DNA of 64,000 nucleotides from Toensbergia leucococca (taxonomy: Eukaryota). Location: the NCBI GenBank assembly GCA_022813965.1, contig JALDZS010000063.1:1-64000 (forward strand). The letters run 5' to 3'. The position numbers were made by a program, and so were the translations under genes. Position 1 is the first letter of the stretch; each line of letters begins with the position of its first letter. The notes under the pieces were generated by a model. The model was given only the letters and a program-made list of their open reading frames with translations, had not been told where the DNA came from and ran no database searches. Below, in pieces: positions 27,181 through 37,880 of this stretch.

Positions 27181-27790
27181 AGCACCTCTCCCTCCCCTTC
27201 TCCCTCTCCCTCCCCTTCTCCCTCTCAACCTCCCTCTCCTCCACACTACCCTCCTCTCCTTCCCCTCAACCCCTCTCCACCACCAAAAATAAATAAAAAC
27301 TATAAAAATGGTCCCACTCCTCCCCATCCTGATAGTAGGCATAATCCTCGTGCTGCTGGGTACATGGGCGCTGGTGCGGTGGGCGAGCGCGAAGTGGAGG
27401 GCGAGGAAGAGGGCGATGAGGGGGCAGGGGCAGGTTTAGGGACAGGGGCTGGGGGGTGGGGGGTTGTTTAGGTAGGAGTTGTTGGGGGGGGGGAGGGTGA
27501 GGGGGTGAGGTTTAGCGGGGGAGGGGGAGGAGGATGTGTGTGAGGGAGTTTGAGGTTTGTGTTTGCATGCGTGTGTGGCGAGATGGGGGAGGATTTATAA
27601 ACATTTGCAATTTTATTTTTTTGCGTGTTCGGGGAGAAAATGAAGTAAATTGATTTTTTTTCTTCTAAATTTGCAATGCTGGGATGAATATAGATATGGG
27701 CGCGAAGGATTGGGGAGATATACATACGCCCTAGCCCCCAATTCCCCCCCTCCCTACCAAACACACTCAAAAACTCCAGCGCCCCATCAC
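26560..27790. repeat. Low-complexity C/A-rich then G/T-rich tract between convergent RACK1 and MGR3-like genes
   Basis: (CAAAA)n at ~27150, (CTCC)n at ~27190-27270 and G-runs at 27420-27530. Confidence 0.8.
27308..27439 (+). CDS. Candidate 43-aa single-pass membrane microprotein
   Basis: MVPLLPILIVGIILVLLGTWALVRWASAKWRARKRAMRGQGQV*. It has an A-rich start context (tataaaaATG) and about 23 hydrophobic residues followed by a basic cluster. Confidence 0.4.
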   Translation: MVPLLPILIVGIILVLLGTWALVRWASAKWRARKRAMRGQGQV

Positions 27791-27795
27791 CAACC

Positions 27796-29193
27796 TCATC
27801 TCGCCTTCCCCAATCTCCTTAAACCTTCCTCCGCATTCCTCACCCCCTCCGCAAACCCAATTCCCTTACTCAGTCCCCTCCCCTCCTCGTACCTCCTCCG
27901 CGCTTCCACCAAATCCCCGTCCATCTCCGCGAATTCTCCGAGATTGTGCGTTGCAACTGCGCAGCCGAGGTCGCATTCTTCGGTGCGCGAAGGAGCTTTG
28001 ATGGTGGAGGCTGTGGTGAGGGATTTTGTTGCCCAGGCGCGGGCAGAGGAGATGAGTGCGGAGTGAGAGGGGGGTGGGAAGGCGGAGGTTGGAGGGGGGA
28101 GTTGCTGGGCAAGGGATATTGAGAGATTGTTCACTAGAAGTTGAAGGTTAGTGAGAGGGTGTTGAGGAGGAGGGTGGGGAGTACTGAGGATGATGGAGTG
28201 GCAGCTTGATTGGGGGATTAGGGAGAGAGCTTGAAGGTAGAGGGGGGCAGCGAGGTAGTGTTGGTCTTTGGATTCGTAGTGGTTACCCAGTGCTGGATGT
28301 TTGAGGATTAGTTGATGGACTGAGAGTATATGGAAGCTGTGGAAAAGAGAGCTTTACATTCTAGGGCACCTCCTATTTCCTCGTTGCTCATCCAATTTCC
28401 CTCTCCTTCTTTGACACCCTCTTCGTCCCTCCTCTTCTGCTCTTTCAGCACCGTCTCTACAGCCCACACTAATCTTTCCTCCGCCAGGTCCCTGTCTGCA
28501 ACAAAGTCGTTTGCATACAATTCCCCCAATTTGACACTAATCCCCACTATCTTGCCCATCACCCTCGTTCTCTTGCCCTCATTACCTTCCTTCCCACCCA
28601 GTTGCTCCACCCACCTCAGACAATCCCCCCGCACAATCTCGAGCACGTCAATCGCTTTTGGATACTGCTGGATCTTCTCCATGAAACTTGCCAATTGGAT
28701 TTTGATGCCGAGGATCTCGTCGCTGAAGGGGTCCACGCCTAGTTCTTCGGCGACTGATAGAGCTTGTCTATAGTATTTTACGGCTTCCTTGGGGTTGAGT
28801 TCGATATTTGTGTAGTGGAGGGCGCGGCGGAGTTTGGCGGCTACGGGCTCGGGGAAGGTGTGGAAGGGGCCGACTATGTATTTGTTGTAAATGTAACTGG
28901 AGTATACTAACGTGCCTGCACCGAAGAGGATGCTAAGTGGGGTTATTAGCTAGATTTAGGCCTGATGAGGCGAGGGGGGGGTGGTACAAGAATGAGGCTA
29001 GAGACACTGAGAGAGGGTATTCTTTGAAGAGGCTTTTTGCTGCAGCGCTTGTAGTATTGTGTCGTGGTCGAGACCATATTGGTTTATAGGCCTGATAGGC
29101 TGCCGGAGTGAATAGATTGGGTTGTAGATTACTCTGGGTGGATGGCCGCTGAGCGCTCTTGCGCAGGGCTCGAGGGAAACCCCTAGAAAACAT
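27796..29193 (-). CDS. Mitochondrial TPR protein, Mgr3-like (i-AAA protease adaptor); about 3 introns
   Basis: Presequence-like MFSRGFPRALRK, a TM region, FPEPVAAKLRRALHY, DPFSDEILGIKIQLA and a C-terminal TPR-like ECDLGCAVATHNLGEFAEM. Confidence 0.72.
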
Positions 29194-29470
29194 GGTAATT
29201 GGTCTTTCAGGTCATACGCAATTGTGATATACCGGCGCAATTAAGTTGTGTAGAGCATGTATCTTTAGATTTAAGTACATAAACTCAGAAAATGGTGCTG
29301 CTGTTGAGCTGGCTTTGATTTCCTGATGCATAATGACGTACTCCGTACGGATACGGAGTGGTGGCTAGGGCTTCATGAACCTTTCACGCCATTTTTTCAA
29401 CGGAGTACACTTAGGAGATTCAGATTCAACCCTCCACCATCCAACGTCTCGTGCAACGGCAATAGGCACC

Positions 29471-30882
29471 ATGTGCGGGCGATATGCGTTAGGTATAGTA
29501 TGTCCAGTCATTAAATAATTAATAGGCCATATAGCTGACATCAAGTAGCGGCCCTCCTTCGTCCGTTATCAACTTCAGGAGCACCACATGCCAGTAGACG
29601 AAGCACCAGACGACGAAGATGTTCGGCAAACCTATAACTTCGCGCCCGGAAATCATGGCTTAGTATATAGAGCTGACGTGCCCGATTACGGAGCTAGAGG
29701 CAGACATGGTGATACCACAGAAGATGGAGCTGCCACCAACGGCGTTGAAGAGCCAAAGGAGACGCGTTACAAACTTCAGTCAATGAAGTGGGGTGTGTGT
29801 GATACCTTACATGTAGAGCTGTCACAATTTGCTGGATTCATCACTAAATCAAAGCAGGATTGGTACCCTTCTGGACAAAACGTAATCCAGACTACGGCAC
29901 TGTCATGAAGACCATCAACGCTCGCGACGACTCCTTGATAGAGAATCGGGGAATGTGGAATACCATGAAACAAAAGAAGCGCTGTGTTGTAGTTGCCCAA
30001 GGTTTCTATGAGTGGCTGAAGAAGAATGGTGGGAAGGAGAAGATCCCTCACTACATGAAACGAAAGGATGGGCAGCTTATGTGCTTCGCTGGGCTTTGGG
30101 ATTGTGTTCAATACGAGGGTCAGTTTGGTCAATGTGAAACTTGTGTGTATTTTGACTAACAGTTGATAGGATCCGATGAAAAGTTATATACCTATACCAT
30201 CATTACGACCGATTCCAATAAGCAACTCAAGTTCTTGCACGACCGAATGCCAGTTATACTGGAGAATGGTTCAGATGATATCCGTACTTGGCTTGATCCT
30301 AATCGTGCTGAATGGTCAAAGGAGCTGCAAGCGTTGCTGAAACCGTACGACGGAGAACTCGAGTGCTATCCTGTCAGCAAAGAGGTAGGCAAGGTTGGAA
30401 ATAATTCCCCAGCTTTCATCGTGCCTGTGGCGAGTATAGAGAACAAGAACAACATTGCGAACTTCTTCTCAAACGCGAAGGTTTCTGCAAAGGGGGAAGC
30501 AGAGAAGGATGAAATCAAGAAAGAGGAGGTCGAATTAGAGAACAAGGGACCCGATATCGTGGCACATGTTGATGGAGAACAGCGTCATACGATAGAGCAC
30601 ACAAGTACCGAGGATAATGCTCCAATACCAGGTCCGAAATCGCCATCTCATATAAATCTGAAACGTGAGCACGAAACTGATAGTATCGAAGATGACGCAA
30701 CCGAGGCAAAGACAGCGAAACTAGCCACGGCAACGACTGCGCATGTCTCACGGTCCAAGCCAGCGATTACAAGATTGGGCAGGAAGACGAGAAGCGCGAC
30801 CAGTAATGATACGACAAGCAAAGGAAGCGCGGGGAGAGCCAACGACGGGAGTCAAAGGATCACTCAATTTTTCAAAGGGTGA
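29471..30882 (+). CDS. SRAP-domain abasic-site processing protein (HMCES/YedK/DUF159 family); 3 introns
   Basis: N-terminal MCGRY with catalytic Cys2, YNFAPG, MKWGLVPFW, TINARDDSL, RCVVVAQGFYEW, FAGLWD, YTIITT..LHDRMPVIL and YPVS..VGKVGNNSP. Confidence 0.93.
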
Positions 30883-31672
30883 CTTGTAGTGCATACAAGG
30901 TGGGCTGGAGAGAACGTTGTGTGTCGGTCGGCTCCTGGTCATGCGAGAAAGGCTTCGGTTCATAGGGCAGAAGTGAGCGGCAGGAGTAGGGTTTAAATCC
31001 TTCGGTGCAGTATTTGTCAATAGAGGATTGTGACAGGTTCACGTCGATAGGTAGGACGGATTGTGCAAGAAAATCGAATCGCTATTATCCGCCTTAGTAG
31101 CCGATCGGAAATGGCCGCATCTAGAACTAAGTCCAGAAGAGGAACACAGCCGTGTAAGGATGTAAAAGGATGTAAGGATAGATACTTCGTACAGTAGAAA
31201 GTAGACGAGTACGGAGTAGATGCACACAATAGAGCCGCTAATCGCTTGAGCCCTGCACAATACGAGAATACCTTGCCTATCAAACTCTACTCGACTCTCA
31301 ATTCTCTACGTAGATCTATCTTCCCAACATTAACAGTCCCACTCCCATTCCCATTCCCATTTCCACTCCCCTTCCGCTTCCCCTTCCCCTTCTCCAGTCG
31401 ACCTCGCCTCCGGTTGCTGTCCGAGGCGTCATCGGCATCAGCAACGTGTTTACCCGCTCAACGTGGGAAGTGCGAACCAGGAATCCAGACAGGGAAAGTA
31501 CGGTACGGGAACTATCCCATTCTCATCATCGTCCCACAATCCTTTTGCTGCCAATATGTGATCCCACAAGAACATCTACTGTGTCGTCATGTTTTGTTTC
31601 TGTTTCTCTTCCGAGTCCTCGTCCGAGTCCGAGTCCTGTGCTTGCACCTGAGGCCAAAGGATTGAAAGAAAA

Positions 31673-34600
31673 ATGTTTTCTTCCTTTGGCCAAGTGCCTA
31701 CTCTGAATGTCCCTCAATTTCAAACCCGGCGAGCCTTGATTGTCATCAACCTGCAGAACGATTCTCTGGATGAACAAGATGGACTGGTCCTCACCAAACC
31801 TCAAGACTTTGTTGGTCGCATCAAGAGTTTGGTCCCGTATTTTCGACAGACCGGAGACGTAATGTGGGTCAGCACCGAGATCGAGCCACTGACCTTCGTC
31901 AGTCCGTCTCCCCCTCCTGCACCCACCCAAGAGGAGCTGGTCATTACTCGGGAGCAGGAGGAGAAGGACCGGAAAGAAAGAGAGCTTGAGGAGCAGCAGC
32001 TTGAAGATGACACCTTGGACGATGGACACGACGACGACAATGACGACGTTGCTCCTTCTTCGTCGCCAAGGCCTTGGAATCCAATCACCTATCATCCAAC
32101 CAGTCGCTCCAAGGCCATGATGAACCGAGCTTCCGCACAGATCAGAGCTGAGCGGCGGGCCGCCAACATAGATGTTTTCAACGATGACGATGCCATAGAT
32201 GACTACCTCTCGAAACCGAGAAAAGGCCAGCCGCCCAAACTGTACCAAACGGGCACGCGCGGTGCAGCCCTTGCTGATGAAATTCTTCCCGTTTTCAATG
32301 AGTCAACAGACCTGATGCTGACCAAACACCACTATTCGGCTTTTGACGCAACGCCCTTGCTGATGTCCCTAAGAATGAAACTTATCACAGACCTCTATCT
32401 CTGTGGTTGTCTGAGTAACGTCTCTATCTATGCAACTGCCGCGGATGCCGTGCGCCATGGTCTCAATGTCACAGTTGTTGAAGACTGTCTGGGCTATCGG
32501 AGCGAGGCCAAACATGAAGACGCCATGCGTCAGATGGCTGATATCATGGGGGTCAATGGCATAGATAGCGAAGAAATCATTCAGGAGAGCGGGGGCAGGG
32601 AGCCACCAGATACAGACACACCTATGTTCTTAGGTCCTGGGATTGATGGTATCACGCTTCAATCACTGTCGCTGGGTGCGGAACAGACCAGTACGACCCT
32701 GGCAGATCCAATAGACCCGAACACAGACGCTCCATCTGCTCTTGTACTGGAGTCAGAGCCTGGGGTGAGTATGCGGGTTGACCCCATTTCACCGCTGCCA
32801 GAACCCGTTATTGGTGTTCATACGAAACTAGAGCCTCTACCTGGCAATGAACTTGGTCCGCTTCCAATGCCCCCCCTAGCACCACTGGTAGCGGCTGACA
32901 GCGCTCTTTCGGGATCAGAGCCTGGAGCGGCGGTTGATCTTGGCCCAATCTCTCCACCAGCAAAATCAGTCGACGCTTTTTACCATTTGGTTACCGTACC
33001 TTCTGGGGCTGGACTTCAGAAACAGAATGCAGAAAAGTTGTCAGAAACCTTGCGAAATGAGATCACACCTCTCCATAGCCCGTGGCTGGTTTCCTCTAGA
33101 CGAGAATCTAGGAGAGAATCAAGATCGGACATTTCCAACATGCGCGTTTTAGGCCCGGGAGATATGATAGGGGAGGGAGATGCCCGAATCATCCATGATT
33201 TCCTTGATCCTACTGTGGCTGAAGGCATTTTCGAGTCACTAAAAGAAGCGGTTGATTGGCAGACGATGCACCACCGAGGTGGAAATGTCCCCCGCCTTGT
33301 TGCTGTGCAAGGCGAGGTTGGGAAAGACGGCAGTGTGCCACTCTATCGCCATCCTGCAGACGAATCACCACGGCTATCGCCATTCAGTGCTACAGTCGAG
33401 ACAGTTAGAGAGGAGGTGGAGAAGCTTCTGCGGCAGCCCTTTAATCATGCACTCCTCCAATTATATCGCGATGGGAACGACAATATTTCCGAGCACTCGG
33501 ACAAGGTAATCTCTAGCTCTCTATATTGCGGCAGCAGCTGATTGCGGCATAATTAGACGCTGGACATTGTTCGAGGCTCCAGCATTGCGAACGTAAGCTT
33601 TGGTGCACAACGAGCTATGACATTACGGATCAAAAAGCCCAAAGACACTCGTAGCGCAGAAGACTCGATATCTTCCAGACGGAGCCAACGGATCCCATTG
33701 CCGCACAACTCCGTCTTTGTCTTGGGGTATAGTACCAACATGCGATGGCTTCATGGGGTCCGTCCAGACAAACGGCCAGCCATACAGAAGACAGAGGATG
33801 AGAAATCCTTTGGCGGCGAACGAATTTCAATCACACTAAGGCATATAGGTACCTTCACCGAAGAACGGTCAAACACAATCTGGGGACAAGGTGCTACACA
33901 AAAGTCGAAATCCAATGCTGCTCAAATACAAACCGTCGATACCGAAATGGAAGCCATGATCCAGGCTTTTGGCAAAGAAAACAACCTGTCCGATTTCAAC
34001 TGGGACGCTGAGTACGGCTCCGGCTTCGATGTGATCAAACTCATTCGCAATACAACCGAGCTCTTCCTCTGCAATGACCCCCTTGCCAACCTCCGCGTTC
34101 AACTTTCGCTCTCAGAAAAAGGCGTCCCCTATAAAACCATCAACTGCAGCCCAGCCGCCTCTCCGTCCACCAACCCTGCCGCAAACGACGGCGCTGGGTT
34201 GACTCATCCCCTCTCCAATATTCAAAATCCTACGTTCAAAGATATCGACGAGGATGCCTCTGAAATAGACGGCGATCTCGCCATTCTCTTCTACCTCGAC
34301 AAATACTACCCCTCCCCCCTCCCCCCTTCAGCCTCCTCCCGCCAACTCCACCGCGCCACCGCCCGCGTCTACAGCCGGGCCACCCAGTCCAACGAAATTC
34401 TCTTCCTTTGGCGCGAACTGCAGCGTACCTCGCCTAACGCCGTCTCCTCCATCCGCCGCCTAGGCTCCGAAAAAGCAAGACCCATCACGCCCAATACCTC
34501 GACACTCGAGGAATTCCGAGGGGATCTAGAAATGTGGGAGGAGTATGCCGGCGAGGCCGAGTTCATCGCGGGGGAATTCTGGACGATTATCGATTGTGCT

Positions 34601-34777
34601 TTTTGGCCAGTATTGAATGAAATCATTGGCGGTTGGCAGGAGTGGGGGGAGCGGAAGTATCCGGATTTGATGGGTTATTATCGAAGGGTATTGGGGACCG
34701 AGTGGGCGAAGGGAGTGCTAGGGGCGGAGAAGGAGGAGAGGGTGAAATTGGAGGACATGCTGGAACGGGGCGGGTAG
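31673..34777 (+). CDS. Multidomain fusion: isochorismatase-like + AlkB-type 2OG-Fe(II) dioxygenase + GST-like C-terminal domain; 1 intron (33506-33556)
   Basis: Isochorismatase fold: ALIVINLQND, KHHYSAF, GCLSNVSIYATAADAVRHG..VVEDCLG. AlkB HxD..H..R/R motifs: VPRLVAVQG, NHALLQLYRDG.DNISEHSDK, VSFGAQR, WLHGV, RISITLR. GST_C: EFIAGEFWTIIDCAFWPVL. Confidence 0.9.
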
Positions 34778-34799
34778 GACGATGGGGAGAGCTTGCTAG

Positions 34800-35900
34800 G
34801 CCGGGAGTCATGTTAGGGGGGGTAATTTTTATTGGGTGGGCGGCATTCTGATGGTTTTGATTGCTTTTGCCTCTCTATGCGCTTCCAAGGCTCTAATGAG
34901 CCTCCGACTCGTTTTTCTTTTTTTTACTTGCAGCGACAGACAACATGCTTAGGGGGCACAAGTTTTATACATTCTGTATATATCAGGTATCCTTAACACT
35001 ATGGAGTATGCAATATTTCGATGCACGCCTTGACGGTGTGAAGATTTTTTTTGGGGGTGGGGGGGGGGTTTCAATATTCGTTGTTGCTTTTGGGGCTTGG
35101 GGGTTGTAAAATTAGTCTTTGGTTTTTTTCTCTGTTTTTTCATTGGTTTGGGGTGCGGGTGATTTGGTTGTTGATGAATCTTTTCTTCTTCTTGTTTTTT
35201 TTTATTCTTGATTTAGAGTGAGTGAGGTAGAATATGGGATCTGTATTCTGAGGGGGGGGGTCGTTTGATATTCTTTTTTTTGTTTTTGAGGAAGGGGGTG
35301 AGGGTGGGTTTTTAATATCCTTTTTTATTTTTATTTTATTTTTCCAATAGTCGTCAATATCTTACATTTCACGTTGAATAAAAGTCACTTGTTTTACCTT
35401 TTCCTTTTTTTTTTTTATTTTTAATTTTTTCAATTTGAATTTTGAAGGTGTTCAGTCTTTTCTATTTTCAATTTTTTTTTGAAAAGCCAGCTGGTTTTTT
35501 TTTGTGATTATTTTTTTTGGAATCTGGATGGGTTCTTTGTGATGATAAGAAGATGATTCTTTTTTTTTGATAGGTGTTTTTTGTTGTAGGTAGGTAGTTT
35601 TGAATCAGGGAGTGAGTGGGTCACAACATTTCACTAGGTAGATAGATGAATTATTTTAGTGAACCATGTTGGAGCTTTGAAACTGAAGCCTCTTCTTTTT
35701 TTTTTATATGTGTAATGGAGAATGATAAGTGACTTATAAATAGAGATGGAGAAAGCGAGTGTCAAAAAAGGATGCAAAATTCATCATGGTTTTTTTTCTT
35801 GTGATATCACACCTTGCTAGGGCTAAGTCTAGGGCTAAGTGACGGTGTCGGAAAAGGGCGGTTCGATGTAAATGGTAGCGTTTTATTTTTGTGGCATTGC
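34800..35900. repeat. T-rich/G-run low-complexity tract between convergent genes
   Basis: Many T8-T13 runs plus G9-G10 runs, and a 12-bp tandem duplication ctagggctaagt at ~35817. Confidence 0.8.
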
Positions 35901-36076
35901 TGAAGCCAAATGGTAGACAGCGAGCGATATATCTAGAGAGCAATCTGGGGAGAAAACTTTGCAGTCAATCCGTTTTCAGGTGACAGACGGAGAATAGCGC
36001 TCTGCAATTCGTCTAACTGTACCGACCCCGGCGCCTTACTCACTTCAATTCAGCCATCGCAACGATCATTCCAGCT

Positions 36077-37071
36077 CTACAGCTTCTCAAATGTCGGCGT
36101 CTTCTTCTTCATACCGGCTGTCATCGCGGTCGTGACATCGTCACTTTGCAGCATCGCGCTGTTCCAGACGCCTGTGTAGCGGAGTCCTACATTAAGAACA
36201 CCCCAAGTCAGCCAAACAAGCCTTCCAAAAGAAGAGTCTCTGGCCGAACGCACCATCCGCAACGGGGTGATCCCTCGACCAGTTCAACAGCTCCTTCGTA
36301 CCCTGTACCGCAACAGGACTCTTGCCCGCGACAAGCTCCGCCCACTTGATGCCTTCCCTCACCACCTCCTCTCTTCCGCCCACCACGACTCCGCTCACGA
36401 AACCCACTCCTTTTGCTTCCTCGGCGCCGAATAGCCGCGCGCTAAGACATACGTCTTTCACCCAGCTGTAATTACCCACTACCTTTGGTAATCGACTTAG
36501 AGTTCCGATGTCGGCTGCAAGTCCAATGTCCACCTCCTTGACCGAGAATATGGCGTCTGAAGCGCAAATCCGTACATCGGCGCATGTAGATATATCAATG
36601 GCCAGGCCAAGGCAATAGCCGTGCATGGCCGAAATGACAGGCTTTTCGCATCGTTCAATGGAGGAGATACAATCCTGGAAATCAGCGACGTGGCGGCGGG
36701 TGCGCATGGCTTTACGGGCAGCGTCGACAGGGCTATTGGTGTCTATCTGAGGGGATAGAATAGATTGGGAGGCTACTTTAACGTCAAGGCCCGTGGTGAA
36801 AGCTTTGGGGCCGGCCCCGGAGAGGAGGACGACGCGGGTGGAGGGGTCGTCAGAGAGGTAGGCGAAGACTTTACGGAGCTCGAGCCACATACTATAATGA
36901 AGACGAGTGAGTCAATTGGATTTGTAGGGTCAGAATTGCGATTAAGCAGGCTTACGGTTCTATAAAAGAGTTCAAGCTCTCTGGGCGGTAGATTTCGACA
37001 TGAGAGACATAAGGGGTAGGGTGTGTGAGGGTGAAATATTGATATTGCGGGGCGGCTGGAGGGGGCTTCAT
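36077..37071 (-). CDS. ECH1: Peroxisomal delta(3,5)-delta(2,4)-dienoyl-CoA isomerase (crotonase fold); 2 introns
   Basis: MKPPPAAPQYQYFTL..HVEIYRPESLNSF|MWLEL..AFTTGLDV..QDCISSIERCEKPVISAMHGYCLGLAID..VKEVDIGLAADIGTLSRLPKVVG..|GLRYTGVWNSAMLQ..PTFEKL* (PTS1-like end). Confidence 0.9.
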
Positions 37072-37301
37072 AATGAGTGTGAGGGTGTCTTTCAGAGGCA
37101 GTCTCAGAGCTGAAGGGGGGTCTCCTGGCTGTGGACAAGGAGAAGGTCTTGGTTAGTGAAATTCAATACGGAGCTGTATTTGTGATTGAAAGTAACTTGT
37201 GTAGATCATCAAATAGTGTGACGAGGATCGTGGCTCGTGGGCAGTGGTTGCGTTGACAGTGAACACGAGGGGAACGTAGCATCAACTGCACTTGAGACGG
37301 A

Positions 37302-37307
37302 CCTCGG
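37302..37307 (+). promoter_or_regulatory. Putative FarA/FarB (CTF1) fatty-acid response element CCTCGG upstream of ECH1
   Basis: CCTCGG lies ~230 nt upstream of the ECH1 ATG. It is a known core element in promoters of fungal beta-oxidation genes, but a 6-mer can occur by chance. Confidence 0.4.
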
Positions 37308-37408
37308 CAGGATTTTTTTGTAGAATGTGATCAACAAGCGGAAGCGACGGTGCTCTGACAGTTTCACGCACGACCGTAAAATCCACTCTTAAGCACAATT
37401 TATGTCTA

Positions 37409-37741
37409 TTAATCAGAGTCAGAGTGATCGGGCATCTGCTGTGTGTTTGCAAGCTCCTGTTGTAGACAATTGTCAGCCGTGAAGCTATGAAGTCCAAACG
37501 ATGAATCACTACCTCCTCTAATTTTCCCTTTAGATTATGGAGTTGGCTCTCCTTGACCACTAGTGTCTGGTCATCCAAGTCTTCAACGATGTAGTTATGC
37601 TTGTCTTGGTCGATCTTGAGGATGATGGCTTTGATTGACGGGTCGCATTCCACCAGTACGCCTGTCTTGATACTTAGTATACCGAGTTCCTGCCCAATGC
37701 TGGAGTCGATGTAACAGCTTACCTTTGACAGCTTTGGGCAT
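37409..37741 (-). CDS. TFB5: TFIIH subunit Tfb5 (p8); 2 introns
   Basis: MPKAVK|GVLVECDPSIKAIILKIDQDKHNYIVEDLDDQTLVVKESQLHNLKGKLEE|ELANTQQMPDHSDSD*. Confidence 0.92.
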
Positions 37742-37822
37742 GCTTTGTACTGAAGTACGGAGTAGGGAGGATGAATTCTATTCCCTCTGGCTTAATTCAA
37801 TCGAGGGGGGCACGGGGGGTGA

Positions 37823-37880
37823 AAAAATTGACCGCCGATCGCTTAGTGATTTCTCGCTAAACAATCGGCGGTCAATTTTT
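37823..37880. repeat. Inverted repeat/hairpin: 17-bp perfect arms, extending imperfectly to 27 bp, 4-nt loop
   Basis: aaaaattgaccgccgat cgcttagtga tttc tcgctaaaca atcggcggtcaattttt. Confidence 0.9.

Noticed and set aside
26875..27342. Overlapping 113-155 aa ORFs on both strands
   Set aside because: Products of C/A skew (Pro/Thr/His or Gly/Val/Trp rich) with no family signal.
31526..32248. 240-aa minus-strand ORF
   Set aside because: Antisense to the isochorismatase domain, with no independent motif.
34949..35143. 64-aa Lys/Pro-rich ORF
   Set aside because: Reverse complement of poly-T/poly-G runs.
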